Source: Macrostomum lignano
Taxonomy: Eukaryota
Direction of reading: 5' to 3'
Length of the DNA: 64,000 nt
NCBI GenBank assembly: GCA_002269645.1
Contig: NIVC01001829.1
Span: forward strand, 169,104-233,103
The position numbers were made by a program, and so were the translations under genes. The first letter of the stretch is position 1. Every line of letters begins with the position of its first letter. Of the stretch, positions 23,550 to 37,200 are shown piece after piece. The notes beneath the pieces were generated by a model. It was given only the letters and a program-made list of their open reading frames with translations, did no database searches and had not been told where the DNA came from.

Positions 23550-24609
23550 TCAGGGAACTTGACTGAAGAAATATCGAATTTCGGTCAGCGACATGGAGTT
23601 GTTAGCGACTGCAACGGCTCTGACGATCCCTTCCATGAAGGAGTCCACTTTATTTTAGCAATTCGCGTGATGAGTTGTCCGCCTTCCGGTGACCGATTAG
23701 GAGTTTGAAGCAGTCCAACTGGGTAGACTGGCTCAGGTGGCCGCTGTAGCTGTTCAAGAAGTGGCCATCTACATAGAACTCGACCTGTTTTAGAGTGTTC
23801 GACAGCTGCAGATTGGCAGTCATGCCGACGTCCACCCATGCGGATGAGCTGTTCGGCAGGGCGCCCAAGTCAGTGCAGAACCACAGAAACGGCAGCGACT
23901 TTCCTCCGGTGTCGAAGAACAATCGATTAGCTTTATCAAATTCCCACAGGTGCGGCCCGAATTTTGTGAGATTGGCGCAATCGATGGCTTCCAGAAGTGG
24001 CTGCACTTTCGGAGTCCGTTTGAATCGAATCAGCCAGGTGAAGGAGGCGTTCGGGAGAATGAATCGACTGTCGTTTAGCAGAGCGTAGGATGTTCGGCCA
24101 TCGAATTTGGCGCCTTCGTCGGTCCACTTCAAGTTGATGCTCTCCAGTCGGTGATCTCGGACTCTCGCTGTGGTGTCATTCTGGCACACCAGGTTGCTGA
24201 ACCGGCTGCTCCCACCCGCCAGCCAGACTCCGATGAAACGATCGCTAAGCGATGATGCATCACAGCTCGCCAGAGCCTTGATGCGATAAATCAAGCACTG
24301 ATAGTTGTTCGAAGATTGCTTAGCAATGTCCCGACAGACAGCCTGATAGTGAAAGATGGAGCAGATGCTGGATTGTTTGCTCCATTGAGCAACCAAGTCG
24401 TCGTCTGGCGGCTCTCGACTGTGGATTCTGCGGTGCAGCTGCATTACACAGGCCGGCTCGCTTGCGACTGAGTACAGACGCTCGATGGCCCACTTCTCAT
24501 CGCTGCACTGGCTGGAGTACTTGCAGTACTTTAGTTTGCAGTTGGCGGTTGCCGATACCGACTGAACCGTTGTCAAAGTTGATAGAAAAAATAGAAATAT
24601 TAATAACAT
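23550..24609 (-). CDS. Secreted protein with a PAN/apple-like N-terminal region and a LamG/concanavalin-A-like (pentraxin-type) jelly-roll domain; 1-nt frameshift near the 3' end
   Basis: Signal peptide MLLIFLFFLSTLTTVQSVSA. LamG-like motifs include AKFDGRTSYALL, SFTWLIRFK, WVDVGMT, VEFYVDG and LLIG. Removing one T from the T4 run at 23653-23656 extends the ORF into NKVDSFMEGIVRAVAVANNSMSLTEIRYFFSQVP*, a typical LamG ending (F.G.I..V...N..LS..EI). Confidence 0.75.
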
Positions 24610-24785
24610 TTTCTATAGTTTTCCGAAGCATAAGCTATGTTCTTTGATCTGAACCCGAATCTTAGTCGTTTTTAAATTGAATTTTCTACTCCTTTAAGTC
24701 GCCATCGTAGTCAATATAACAAATATTTTAACGCAAACCTTCTCGGTGAAAATTTAAAATCCTCTCTCTTATCTCTTATCGAAAT

Positions 24786-24791
24786 CATTTG

Positions 24792-24861
<70 letters not shown>
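24786..24861. repeat. (CT)n microsatellite
   Basis: Perfect dinucleotide run. Confidence 0.95.
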
Positions 24862-24863
<2 letters not shown>

Positions 24864-25245
24864 AATGGGATTTTCATTTGTTTTCCGCCTTGATTGATTC
24901 GACGGGTGGATGACGCACGTGAAAAAGTGACGTTAATTTCAAAAAGCATTTTTGTTTTGTTTAAAATTGCATCCCTATCTCTCGAAACGCTTTCACGAGC
25001 TCGTTAGTGCTCAGCTTGCAGGCTGAAAGCTTTGTTAGTTTAAAACAGAAAATTGTACAACCATTCTAACGAAGCGACTGTTTCAATTTTCATCGATTGC
25101 ATTTGCATAAATGGATAAAACGATGACGAAGAAAAAAATAATTTTTTAATCCTTTTAAACAAACACCATTAAAAACATGAATTATAATTTGCGTTATCTA
25201 CCATCACCAACTCTCTTGAGTAATATCTGGTATTTTCGGCTCCGT

Positions 25246-28200
25246 TCATTGAATAGGCCATGCCAGCACGAGAACCTCGCAGAGTACCAGTGGAGCCATC
25301 GAACCATCGGGCCCATTGCTCACCCGGATCAGGTCGCCAATTTTGTTGCATTCAAACTCGGCGCCGCTGCCGCGGTGATGCGTTGAATGCATTCGACACG
25401 GCTGGTTGTTGACGGTAACGCGCAGGCGTTTCAGTGCCTTGGCTGACTGTAGAACTCTTCGAGACAGAGTTTGCTCCAGAGCCAGCACAACTGCGCCAAC
25501 TCGGTGGGATTTTATCCCACGCGGATGATGAAGCCCCGCCTGCCACCAGGCGCCTCTCTCAGCGGCAGTCTTTGCGCATCGTTTGCGACTGCCGTCAGTG
25601 GCGAGTCGACAGTGGCTGTCAGGGACGGAGGAGCTCTGCGAGCACCGCACCAGGATGGGTCGACGGTGCGGTCGGTGGGGATTGGGCCAATCTGGGAAAG
25701 GTTTTGAAAGCTTGGAGCTGCTGCAATGTGTCAGTCTGAGAGCTGGTTGGTCACACCTATGTGTCTTTGTAAGGCTGGTATCATCTATGTGTCTTTGTGA
25801 GGGCTGATGGTATCAATGTGTCCTTTTAAGGCTGGTAATCATCTATGGGTCTTTATGAGGGCTGCTAGCATTGTTGTGTCTGTGTGACGACTGCTATTAT
25901 CAACGTGTCTGTTCATGAGGTCTGGTAGCTCATAGTACTAATGTGTGTTTCCGCATAGTGAACACATAGTCTAAAGTCAGGAGACTTTGATGCATGTGCA
26001 GTTCACCACTATTGAGCTAAATTTACAATTTCTTACGATCAAAGTAGAGGCTAAGATGTGCTTTGAAAAGTGTCTTACGAGGTGAAAACACTTTTCTATG
26101 ATGATGTCCGCGTCCTTTTCGAATGCGTTTATGATGATGCTCTGGGTGCTCCGGCTCCAGGTACGCTCCCATGGCCTGCACCTCACAGATGGTCAACTCC
26201 GATGCGTGCAGATTCCGAATTGTAACACCTTGTCCTGTCGCATTGCAGAATAGGATGTACACCGAGCGTCCGCTCTCGAATGGCGTGCACTCCGTCCCGC
26301 TGACAGTCACCAGAGCTCGTTCGAGATCGTTCGGACCGCAGCCGCTCCCGGCGTTGGGCAGAAAAATTCGAACGAATTTCACCAGCACTCGTTGGCTGGT
26401 GCGTCCCTGCCACCAGCCGCGCTCGACGCGAGTTCGGGCGCACCTGGCGCACACCTGAGCGACGCTGCCGTCAAGAGCTTTGCGACATCGGCTGCCATTG
26501 ACCGAGGAGCTCTGGCTGCAGCTGGACAGATGAATCGGCACTGGCGGGATTCAATGGAGATGAAGGCGTGTCAACCCTGGTGCCAAGTTGCAGTACACAA
26601 TGGGGGAATGAATTCTGAGAGTTTGAGTTTGTTGAGCCAAGTTTGAGTGTCACTGAGCGCCAAGTTTGAGTGTCATTGAGCGCCAAGTTTTGGTGGCTTT
26701 GAGCGCCAAGTTTGGGTGTCATTGAGCGCCAAATTTGAGTGTCATTAAGCGCCAACTTGGATTTGTAACTGAGCGTCAAGTTTGGGTGTCATTGAACGCC
26801 AAATTTGAGTGTCATTAAGCGCCAACTTGGATTTGTAACTAAGCGTCAAGTTTGGGTGTCATTGACCGCCCAAGTTTGAGTGGCTTTGAGCGCCAAGTTT
26901 AGGTGTCACTGAGCGCCAAGTTTGGGTGTCACTGAGCGCCAAGTTTTGGTGGCTTTGAGCGCTAAGTTTGGGTGTCACTGAGCTCCAAGTTTGGGTGTCA
27001 CTGAGCGCCAAGTTTTGGTGGCTTTGAGCGCTAAGTTTGGGTGTCACTGAGCTCCAAGTTTGGGTGTCACTGAGCGCCAAGTTTTGGTGGCTTTGAGCGC
27101 TAAGTTTGGGTGTCACTGAACGCCAAGTTTGGGTGTCACTGAGCGCCAAGTTGTGGTGTCATTGAGCGCCCAAGTTTGAGTGTCATTGAGCGCCCAAGTT
27201 TGAGTGTCATTGAGCGCCCAAGTTTGGGTGTCACTGAGCGCCCAAGTTTGGGTGTCATTTAGCGCCAAATTTGGGTGTCATTGAGCGCCAAGGTTGAGTG
27301 TCACTGAGCTCCAAGTGGTGTGGTGTTGGGGAGCGTAAAGTTTGGGATGTAAACGCCCTGTAAGACAACGAGACAACAGAGCTAACAACTGAACTTGAAG
27401 ACAAAGACATTTTCACGTAAGAACACAGATCATCTAGCAGGAACTGACTCACCTCCATAGTCCACAGGAGTTCGCCTGCTGCCGAAGGCTTGCACCTCGC
27501 ACAGGAGGAGCTGACCAGTTTGCATCCGGTTGACAATTCGAATGTTTCGGCCTTTACGTTTGCATAGAAAATCTCTTGCGCTAAAGTATGCGCCTGAATA
27601 TGAGATGCAGTTGGAACCGTCTACTGACACAGAGAACTTGTAGGCGCTGTCCTGACAGCAGGTCATGGCCGAGTAGATTCTGACATACTTGATGAGGCTG
27701 GCCTTCTGCGTCTGAGCTTCCCACCAGCCGTTTTCAGGCACAGCGATGCAGCCAGTTCGTGTCCTGCCGTCTGTGGCTTTCTGGCACGTGGCTGAACTAC
27801 TGGGAGGCAGCTGAGAACAGTTTGACAGCTGCAGGAGGGGATCTGCAGAGTTAATGGGTATATAGTAACTAAGCTGGGTCCATAATCTGGAGTCCGCAGC
27901 GGTTGGTCTGATTCCCCTTGTGTCTTAATTCCCCTACTGGTATCTTGATTCCCCTCCTGGTGTCTTGATTCCCCTCCTGATGTCTTGATTCCCCTCCTGG
28001 TGTCTTGATTCCCCTCCTGATGTCTTGATTCCCCTCCTGGTGTCTTGATTCCCCTCCTGGTGTTTTGATTCGCCTACTGGTATCTTGATTCCCCTCCTGG
28101 TGTCTTAATTCCCCTCTTGGTGTCTTGATTCCCCTACTGGTATCTTGATTCCCCTCCTGGTGTCTTGATTCCCCTCCTTGTATCTTGATTCCCCTCCTGG

Positions 28201-29879
28201 TATCTTGATTCCCCTCCTCGTGTCTTGATTCCCCTCCTGGTATCTTGATTCCCCTCCTTGTATCTTGATTCCCCTCCTGGTATCTTGATTCCCTTCCTCG
28301 TGTCTTGATTCCCCTCCTGGTATCTTGATTCCCCTCCTGGTGTCTCGATTCCCCTCCTGGTATCTTGATTCCCCTCCTGGTGTCTTGATTCCCCTCCTGG
28401 TGTCTTGATTCCCTTTGTGTCTTGACTCCCCTCCTTTTGTCTTGATTCCCCTCCTGGTGTCTTGATTCCCCTCCTGGTATCTTGATTCCCCTCCTGGTGT
28501 CTTGATTCCCCTCCTGGTGTCTTGATTCCCCTCCTGGTGTCTTGATTCCCCTCTTGGTGTCTTGATTCCCCTCCTGGTGTCTTGATTCCCCTACTGGTAT
28601 CTTGATTCCCCTCCTGGTGTCTTGATTCCCCTCCTTGTATCTTGATTCCCCTCCTCGTGTCTTGATTCCCCTCCTGGTATCTTGATTCCCCTCCTGGTGT
28701 CTTGATTCCCCTCCTTGTATCTTGATTCCCCTCCTGGTATCTTGATTCCCTTCCTCGTGTCTTGATTCCCCTCCTGGTATCTTGATTCCCATCCTGGTGT
28801 CTCGATTCCCCTCCTGGTGTCTTGATTCCCCTCCTGGTGTCTTGATTCCCCTCCTGGTGTCTTGATTCCCCTCCTGGTGTCTTGATTCCCCTCCTGGTGT
28901 CTTGATTCTCCTATTGGACTAGCGCGGCGCTCTGATGTGCCAGCGGCCCAGGCTGGATTCCAAGGCAGTCACATTGATTTGGAGCTAAACTGGACTCTCG
29001 ACCGGCTTGACTCTGCTCGTGCAATTAATTAACGCCCTTGAGGGCCAATCCCTCAAGCCTCCCTATCACAATACAGCCTCCCTATCACGAATATAAAGTA
29101 CAATCATTGTGAACAGAAACCCAATTTACTTTAGTTTCTTTTAGAGCATATCCTAGGGTTACCATGGTACGTTTAGGGTTACTTTGGGATGTCAGGAACA
29201 CTTTAGAGCGTCCGGGTCACTCAGGAACAGATCGGTCAAAGCAGTCTATACTAAGTGTTGATTTCAAACTCACGATCTGCGTCAATATCAGCCAAGTTCT
29301 CAGCGAATACTTGAACCTGACAGACTGTGAGCGGCGTGTTCGGCAACTCGCTGGTCACCCGAACAGTCTGGCCAGTCCGGTTGCAGAAGAACACCTGTCG
29401 GGAGCGTTGCTGAAGCTTCAGGATGCGCAGCGGACAGTCGTTGCCATCAAGAGTGACTGTCAGTAGCGGTTTTGATGCGTTTTTGCAGCATCCTTTCAGC
29501 TGATGGACTTGCACGAAGGTGACGCGAGCTGCGGAGTTTGACGTCAGCTGCGCCTGCCACCATTCACTGTTACCATGTCGAGTCTGAGAGCAGGCCTTCG
29601 GGTTCGTGAAGCCTCCGGTGGGAAGACGATTGCTAATTGCTGACTGGCAGATGCTGCCTAGAGCCACCGAGCTCTGCCGACAGTTGCTAAGGCCTACCAG
29701 TGGGCCTGGAATGACATCAGACAATATATTTATTACAAGTGAATATCTCGAATGTACAAATTTCCCCAAAAACCCCAAGCAACCACCACACCTGGCAAGT
29801 TGAGGTCAGCTGAGGCAGACGCTTTGGTCAAAGCGACAATCAACAGGCAGGTATGCAACCAACACAGCAAGGAGCTCAT
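25246..29879 (-). CDS. Secreted F-type lectin (fucolectin/FTP, F5/8 type C-like) protein with four tandem domains, ~605 aa
   Basis: Exons 29879-29792 (signal MSSLLCWLHTCLLIVALTKASA), 29705-29274, 27842-27453, 26540-26079 and 25691-25246. All introns are phase 1 GT-AG, with one domain per exon. Each domain shows the FTP motifs C.QSS, A.DG (domains 2-4), WW.., V..V.I and L..C(E/Q)V.V. Confidence 0.85.
26620..27330. repeat. 23-bp minisatellite (GAGCGCCAAGTTTGGGTGTCACT), intronic
   Basis: GTTTGAG recurs at 26641 and 26664. Confidence 0.92.
27908..28912. repeat. 20-bp minisatellite (CTTGATTCCCCTCCTGGTGT), intronic
   Basis: Period 20; source of the 307-aa GGESRHQEG ORF. Confidence 0.95.
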
Positions 29880-31250
29880 GGTTTTTACAATATGATTGCA
29901 GTCGAGTCCTCACTGTTTAGACGGTAAGGTCGAGTCTATTAAATACCGTTTGTTGTAAGTGAAATAAATCATGTCAGATGCTTAATCTTCCAGCACCTGT
30001 TCTGCAGAGACGACAACATATGGAGGGCACGGGGAACGTGACTTTACTTGAAAACATTTGGTTAAAACGAACATAGAATGACAGAGAGCAATTTAATTTT
30101 AGGCCATGATTCTCAAGAGAATTTTACTGTAGACAAGGAGTAAATGTAGTTATGGCAAGGGCATAGCCAGCTTAGGAGGGCAAAGGGGGCTGGCCTACCC
30201 AAGAGGCAAAAACAATGGCCCCCTTGCGCGCTGATCTGGCGCTCCCTTGCGCGCTGATCTGGCGTTCCCTTGCGCGCTGATCTGGCGCCCCTGCTTGTCA
30301 GGTTTTGATGTCAATCTGTCCCGAATTTTCACGATTCCTTAACAAGCTACTGGCTCTCCTAAGATATGGCCCCCCAGCAAATAAACAATCTTAGCAACGC
30401 GTTTATAAGATTTATCAAGTTATTAAATTATATATACTACCGCTTTCACCATATCCACAGCAAGCAACGATAAATAAATCGTATAAATAGCTTGGTTGCA
30501 AGTGCAAAAAGCCCTCACTTAACGGATACTATATACATGTACATGTAAAACATCGTGGTTTGGCTAATGCAGCTTCTTCAACGCTTATAATAGTCTTTAC
30601 AAAGTCGAGAAGCATCGATCTGTTATATTTTTTCGCCTCGACGAAAATTCTAATGTTGTTTACTAAAGCAGATACATATATGTAGAACTTCCCTTGCTGT
30701 CAATTCTTTTAAGTGGGTGATTAAGCACATATGATCCCGTAAAGCCATTGTATCCAGAACATTAACCTTTATTTACATGCATGTACATGTCAGTCACATA
30801 CATGCTGCTTTCTAAACATACAAGACAGTACTCAGTTTCAGCTGTTTCCAGGTCTCTCATGTTAAGCAAATTGTTCAGTTATACATACATTTTACATGCA
30901 GATGTAGTAATAAATGTGTAAACGGTCAAAGTAAGTAGCGATGCATAACCCTCTCAGTCTTGACCCAATCCAAACCAGCGATTTGGAAGTATATATATAT
31001 TTGAAGTTATGACTCTTAAATATTTTCTAATAAATAAAAGCTATCATTAGACATCGTTACCGTTATAAATCGTTGAAACTGTAAATTTGTAATATTTAGT
31101 TGTTTTACCGAGTAAACTTCTATTCTGACGTGAGTCAGTCAGATTGTTTAGTTTCACGCGCGCTGAGTAAAAAGCGTAAGAGTTCGCTTAAGTAATTAAG
31201 TGATTAACTTCTAAAAAATCAGTTGTATAAGTTAAAGGCTTTCTCTTTAA

Positions 31251-34200
31251 ATGGCGGTTTCAGGTCAAAACCAGTTGCTCCGGGGTACCGTGAAGCTGGT
31301 ATGTAATTAATTTGTCAAACAATTCTGAATTATTTTGAATGATTATGAACTGACTTAATAACTTTATAATGAAGACACCAAGCTTTGTCGATATTATTGT
31401 GTAGGCTTACATAAAAACAGTGTTTTATTAGTTAATTTTATGTCTACAAATTGTTTAAACGACTTGCAAAAAACCTTTATTGGCCTTGCCAATAGTCAAT
31501 TCAATCTGGCATCATTGTTGATTGTTGGATGATGTTTTAAAGGTCCTTAGTTAGAGTTTTATCAGTTGGCATTTTTTATTTTAATAACTGCATTATTAAT
31601 ATTAACTGCATAACATTTTCTAGAAAAATTAATATTGATTTTATGCATGCAAGGAGGAACAAGGACAGAATAGGAGGAACAATCCAAATGTCAACACAAC
31701 AATTGCCATTTATGGGATTTGCAATTGAGCTGATACATAGAGTCTAAGCCTATTGAAAGACACACTTTTTAGTATTCAGTATGCAACTATACAAGTGAAT
31801 TGCATATAATTCAAGACATGAATGAGAAAACAAGACTTTTATTTTTTATTTTTTTATATTTTAATATTTTTTTAGTTCTAGCCACTGTCAAAAAGATGTC
31901 CAAAGTATGCCAGAGTTTTTTGGGCAAATTTTATGTGTATACCAAGTATGCCTTAAAGTAGGCCATGTCAAATTTTTTTTGTTTCTATTCCTACTACCTT
32001 TTAACTGCTTGCCTTTTTCTTTGAAGTGTTCTAGGCCCTTACCTTCTGTTACAGAAACAGGAAAATACTTTTTTCTACTTTTCAATATCTTTGTATATAT
32101 CTTTTTGTATGCCAAATGCAACTTTTTAAAATTCAAGCATCCCAAATATGCATGCCCATGAGCTATGAAGGGCTAATATATGCTAGAAAATTATGGCTTA
32201 TAGGATACTTTCTTGACTATAAAGTGCTAAGGGCCTAGTTGTTTTGTGACAAATCATTTTAATAACAAATAGTCATTTTGGTGACAGTTTCTTCTATAAT
32301 AGACACTTTACTTTTGGTGAAAAATGAAAGATTTGGTGATTATAGTCATTTTAATGATAAGAGACACTTCATAATATCAGTTCATAATTATTTAAATTAG
32401 ATTTATTTTATATATATTTGAAAATTCTGTTGAAAAGTATAATGATTTATAGCATTTTTCAAGCAAATTGAGCCTAGGAAGAAGCAATTTAATTTTTAAT
32501 AGGAGAATCAAGCTATTGAAGACTTGTTTTTCATTGTCTATGGCCTGAAAGAAGGGTCTATAGAGCAACCAATTTGAGAATTCAGGTGCACTATTAATCC
32601 TTTCCATAGTTGTATAAGCCTTAGACCATAGAAAATAATATATTTCATTAGACAAACATAGATATAGCCAATAAAGAATTTAGCAAGCAGAGCAATAACA
32701 AAAGTTTTGCTATAGCCCAAGATGCAGTGGATAAGCATTGTGAGAAACACAATTGTTCTTGGCTTATACTGTATGCTATAGTTTTGTCTGTTACTGTTTT
32801 GATTGGTTTGTCTAAAATCAAAAAGTTAATGTCAATCATTTTTTGATATGCCATCTATTTAGACATTACTTCAGTAAAGTTATCCATGAAAGATATTCAA
32901 GCACTCTGAAATTTTAATTGCTTGATTCTCCTAACAAGGATTCAATTGCTTGCTCCTAGGCTTAATGAGCTTAAAAAATGCTATATTAATATTTGTATTT
33001 GGGTAATTTGAAAAAAAATCAATCTAATAATATTGTTTTTGTGTAAATAATTTTGAATTTTCCTTGAATATTTAGACTTAAACCATAAACAAATAGACAA
33101 TCTTTATCACAAAATGCCAAATCACAAGAAGAACCAAATTTTTACCAGATTTGGAAAACATACAAATTTAAAATATTGCAACTATAACAGTAAATAAACA
33201 AAATTAAATGTAACGATACTTTACCATATAAGAAAATATCTAAACTTTTAGGCTCATAATTGAAAGGATGATTTTTCTATTTGTAACTACAATGGCTATT
33301 GCCAAATAGGTCTTTTTTATTGTCACCAAAATGATTTTAGACACAAAGTTTAAATATTAGACTCTAAAAAGCCTATGGCTATGTCCATTAGTTTTTTTGC
33401 TTATTTATTTATTTTATAATAGACCTATATATCACAGAACTTTTGGCAAAATATAGTAGATGTAAATAGGCTATAAGAAAGGTTTTGAGATATGGCTATG
33501 GATTTAATATTAATATAAAAAAAATTAGGTTATGGCAGAACTCTAATAATATAACATTTAAAATGATGCCTTTTGCCTGAGAATTCCAGCATATAGAAGC
33601 CTTATTAGTGCAGACAAAATGGTATGCAATACAGCATATCACATATACAGCATATACAGCAATACAGCATATTCTCTGGGTAGAGAATTGAACCCCCGAC
33701 CTCCCAGTCGAGACTTTGATGCTCTGACCACTAGGCTACAATCTTGCCACTTTAATCTGTGTCTGTGATATAATTACAACCCATATTTATCCCATTGCCC
33801 AATTAGATCCTATCAGGCGACTCCCTGATCATCAGGGACAGGCCTCGTGGCGGCCCGCCGCAGGAGTGGAACTGCGGCCTGACCAGTATTCAGGCGCCTC
33901 GACTTGGGCGACGTCTGGCTTCTGGTGAAGTGACCAAAGACGAGCCGTGGGCTTATGAGTCTAGGGAGTATCTGAGGCGCCTGGTTGGTAAAGAGGTGCT
34001 GTTCGCTTGCGAGACCATTGTTGGCGGCACTGGGAATAAGAAATATTATGGCGTGCTCTACGATAGGTGAGTCTGACTGATTGTTGAAAGTCTGGGCTTG
34101 TGTTATATTTCTAAAGCTATCGTATCTGCTCTTGAGGCCTTTTTATCCTGCATTTTCCTCCTATCTTCCTGAAGTTTCTCCTATCTCTCTGAAGTTTCCT

Positions 34201-37200
34201 CCTATCTCTCTGAAGCTTCCTCCTATCTTCCTGAAGTTTCTCCTATCTCTCTGAAGTTTCCTCCTATCTCTCTGAAGCTTCCTCCTATCTTCCTGAAGTT
34301 TCTCCTATCTCTCTGAAGTTTCCTCCTATCTCTCTGAAGTTTTCTCCTATCTTCCTGAAGTTTCCTCCTATCTCTCTGAATTTTCCTTCTATCTCTGAAG
34401 TTTCCTTCTATCTCTCTGAAGTTTCCTTCTATCTCTCTGAAGTTTCCTCCTATCTTCCTGAAGTTTCCTTCTATCTCTCTGAAGTTTCCTTCTATCTCTC
34501 TGAAGTTTCCTCCTATCTTCCTGAAGTTTCCTCCTATCTCTCTGAATTTTCCTTCTATCTCTCTGAAGTTTCCTTCTATCTCTCTGAAGTTTCCTTCTAT
34601 CTCTCTGAAGTTTCCTTCTATCTCTCTGAAGTTTCCTCCTATCTTCCTGAAGTTTCCTTCTATCTCTCTGAAGTTTCCTATCTTGCTGAAGTGTCCTCTT
34701 GTTTTTCAGAAGATTTTCTACCTTCTATCTGCCTGAAGTTTCTCTCCGTTTTCCTGAAGTACCTTCTACTCTCTGGACTGAAGACCTACCTTACTGACAG
34801 TAGTACATATAGTATTATTTAAAACTCACCCACAGAGTGGAACCAGAATCCGAGCGAGTGAACATGAACGAGGCTTTGGTTCGCGAAGGTCTTGCCGAAG
34901 TTCGCCGTACAGGCGGTGGCGGTGGCGGCGGCCCCTCAGGGTCTGACCAGATGAACCAGCTGGGGGCCCTGGAAGACCAGGCCAAAGCCGATGGCAAAGG
35001 CAAATGGAGCCAGACTGAACCAGCCGCAAATCATGTTCGAAACGTTGTCTGGAAGGTTGACAATCCCAGACTGTTTGTTGACTCGCACAAGCAGCGACCG
35101 TTGAATGCTATTATTGAGCACGTTCGCGATGCCTGCACATATCGGGTGTTGATCGCGCTGCCTGATGCCTACTATAGCGTCTCATTTATGCTCAGCGGTG
35201 TTAAATCGCCTACTTTTAAACAGCCGCAACAGCAGCAGCAGCAACAGCAGCAGCAAGATGATGGAAACACGGGAGATTCAGCCGAACCCGGAACTCAGCA
35301 ACAGCAACAGCAGCAACAGGCTCAACCAATCGCTGAACCCTACGCTGAGGAGGCCAAGTTTTTTGTTGAAGCTCGCCTGCTGCAGCGCAATGTCCGGCTA
35401 GTATTGGAGACTGTCTCGGGTCAGAGTGTGGTTGGCTCCGTGCTGCATACCAATGGCAACATTGCCGAGATTCTGGTGCAGGAGGGCCTGGCTCGGTGCG
35501 TAGACTGGAGTATGGGAGTTGTTAGCCAGCCAGGAGCGGCGGTAAAGCTCAGACAGGCTGAGAGAGATGCCAAGAAGGCTAGGAGGAGACTGTGGAAGGT
35601 AAGTTCGTTTTTTAGACTTACAGTTCCTTGAATCTTTTATCGAAATCTTATGATTCAATTTTAATCAGTAATCCAAATTCCTGTTAATAACTTTTAATCC
35701 TAATCGCTTGAATCGGTTCTGATTGCCATGACTCTACAATTTTAGTCATCATGACCCAAACCTGACCCCCCATGAGTCCCATGACCCAATCCTGATCCGC
35801 ATGACCTCATTCTGATCCCATGACCCAATTCTGATCCCCATGACCCAATTCTGATCCCCATAGCCCAATCCTGATCCCCCATGACCCAATCCTGATCCGC
35901 ATGACCTCATTCTGATCCCATGACCCAATTCTGATCCCCATGACCCAATTCTGATCCCCATAGCCCAATCCTGATCCGCATTACCTCATTCTGATCCCAT
36001 GACCCAATTCTGATCCCATAGCCCAATCCTGATCCCCATGACCAAATCCTGATCCCCATGACCTCATACTGATCCCCATGACCTAATCCTGATACCCATG
36101 ACCCGATTCTGATCCCCATGACCTAATCCTGATACCCATGACCCGATTCTGATCCCCATGACCTCATTTTGATCCCAATGACCCTATCGTGATCCCCATG
36201 ACCCGATTCTGATCCCCATGACCTCATTCTGATCCCTATGACCCAGTCCTGATCCCCATGACCCGATCCTGATCTCCATGACCCAGTCCTGATCCCTATG
36301 ACCCATTCCTGATCCCCATGACCCATTCCTGATCCCCATGACTCAGTCCTGATCTCCATGACTCAGTCCTGATCTCCATGACCCAATCCCGATCCCCATG
36401 ACCCAGTCCTGATCCCCATGACCCAGTCCTGATCCCCATGACCTCATTCTGATCCCTATGACCCAGTCCTGATCTCCATGAACCATTCTTGATCCCATGA
36501 CCCATTCCTGATCCCCATGACCCGATCCTGATCTTCATGACCCAATCCTGATCCCCATAACCTCATTCTGATCCCCATGACCCGATCCCGATCCCCATGA
36601 ATCGTGACTCAATCCTGATCCCAATGAGTCGTGACTCAATCCTTACTTATATGTTTCCATTGTTTAATCTTCACGAGTCCATAATTTCCAAACTCCCAAA
36701 CAGGACTACGTGGAAACGGCCGGCAGCGGGGGCGGCATCGGGCATAGCAACAAATCCGAGAAAGGTTTAAAATCTGGCGACAATATCGAAGGTCGCGTTG
36801 TAGAAGTTGGCAACGGCGATAGTTTAGTAGTGAAACGGCAGGACACAGGCGATTATGTGAAGCTGTTCTTGGCTTCCATTAGGCCGCCTCGAGCCAATGC
36901 TCCCGATGCTGATGGACAGAGGCCTAAGTAAGTCTTTTTTACGTTTCTTTATTAGAATATAATAATTTTGCCAATAGTGCCGGGACTATAGTAAATTAAA
37001 GATTGAAGAAATATCGTAAAGCAAAGGGTTTAATGGTTGGTTTCAAGGGTTGCTAGGGGTATATTTAAGGACATGGGTAGAGTAAGGTAGCAGGGGGTGA
37101 TTAAAGGACACTGGTATGGTAGGGTAGCAAGAGATAATTTAAGAACACTGGTAGAGTATGTTAGCAAGGGGTCAATTAAGTACACGAATAGGGTAGGGTA

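Noticed and set aside
30150-30400. GC-rich patch with three short tandem copies and possible transposon-like ends
   Set aside because: No convincing TIR pair or TSD could be defined.
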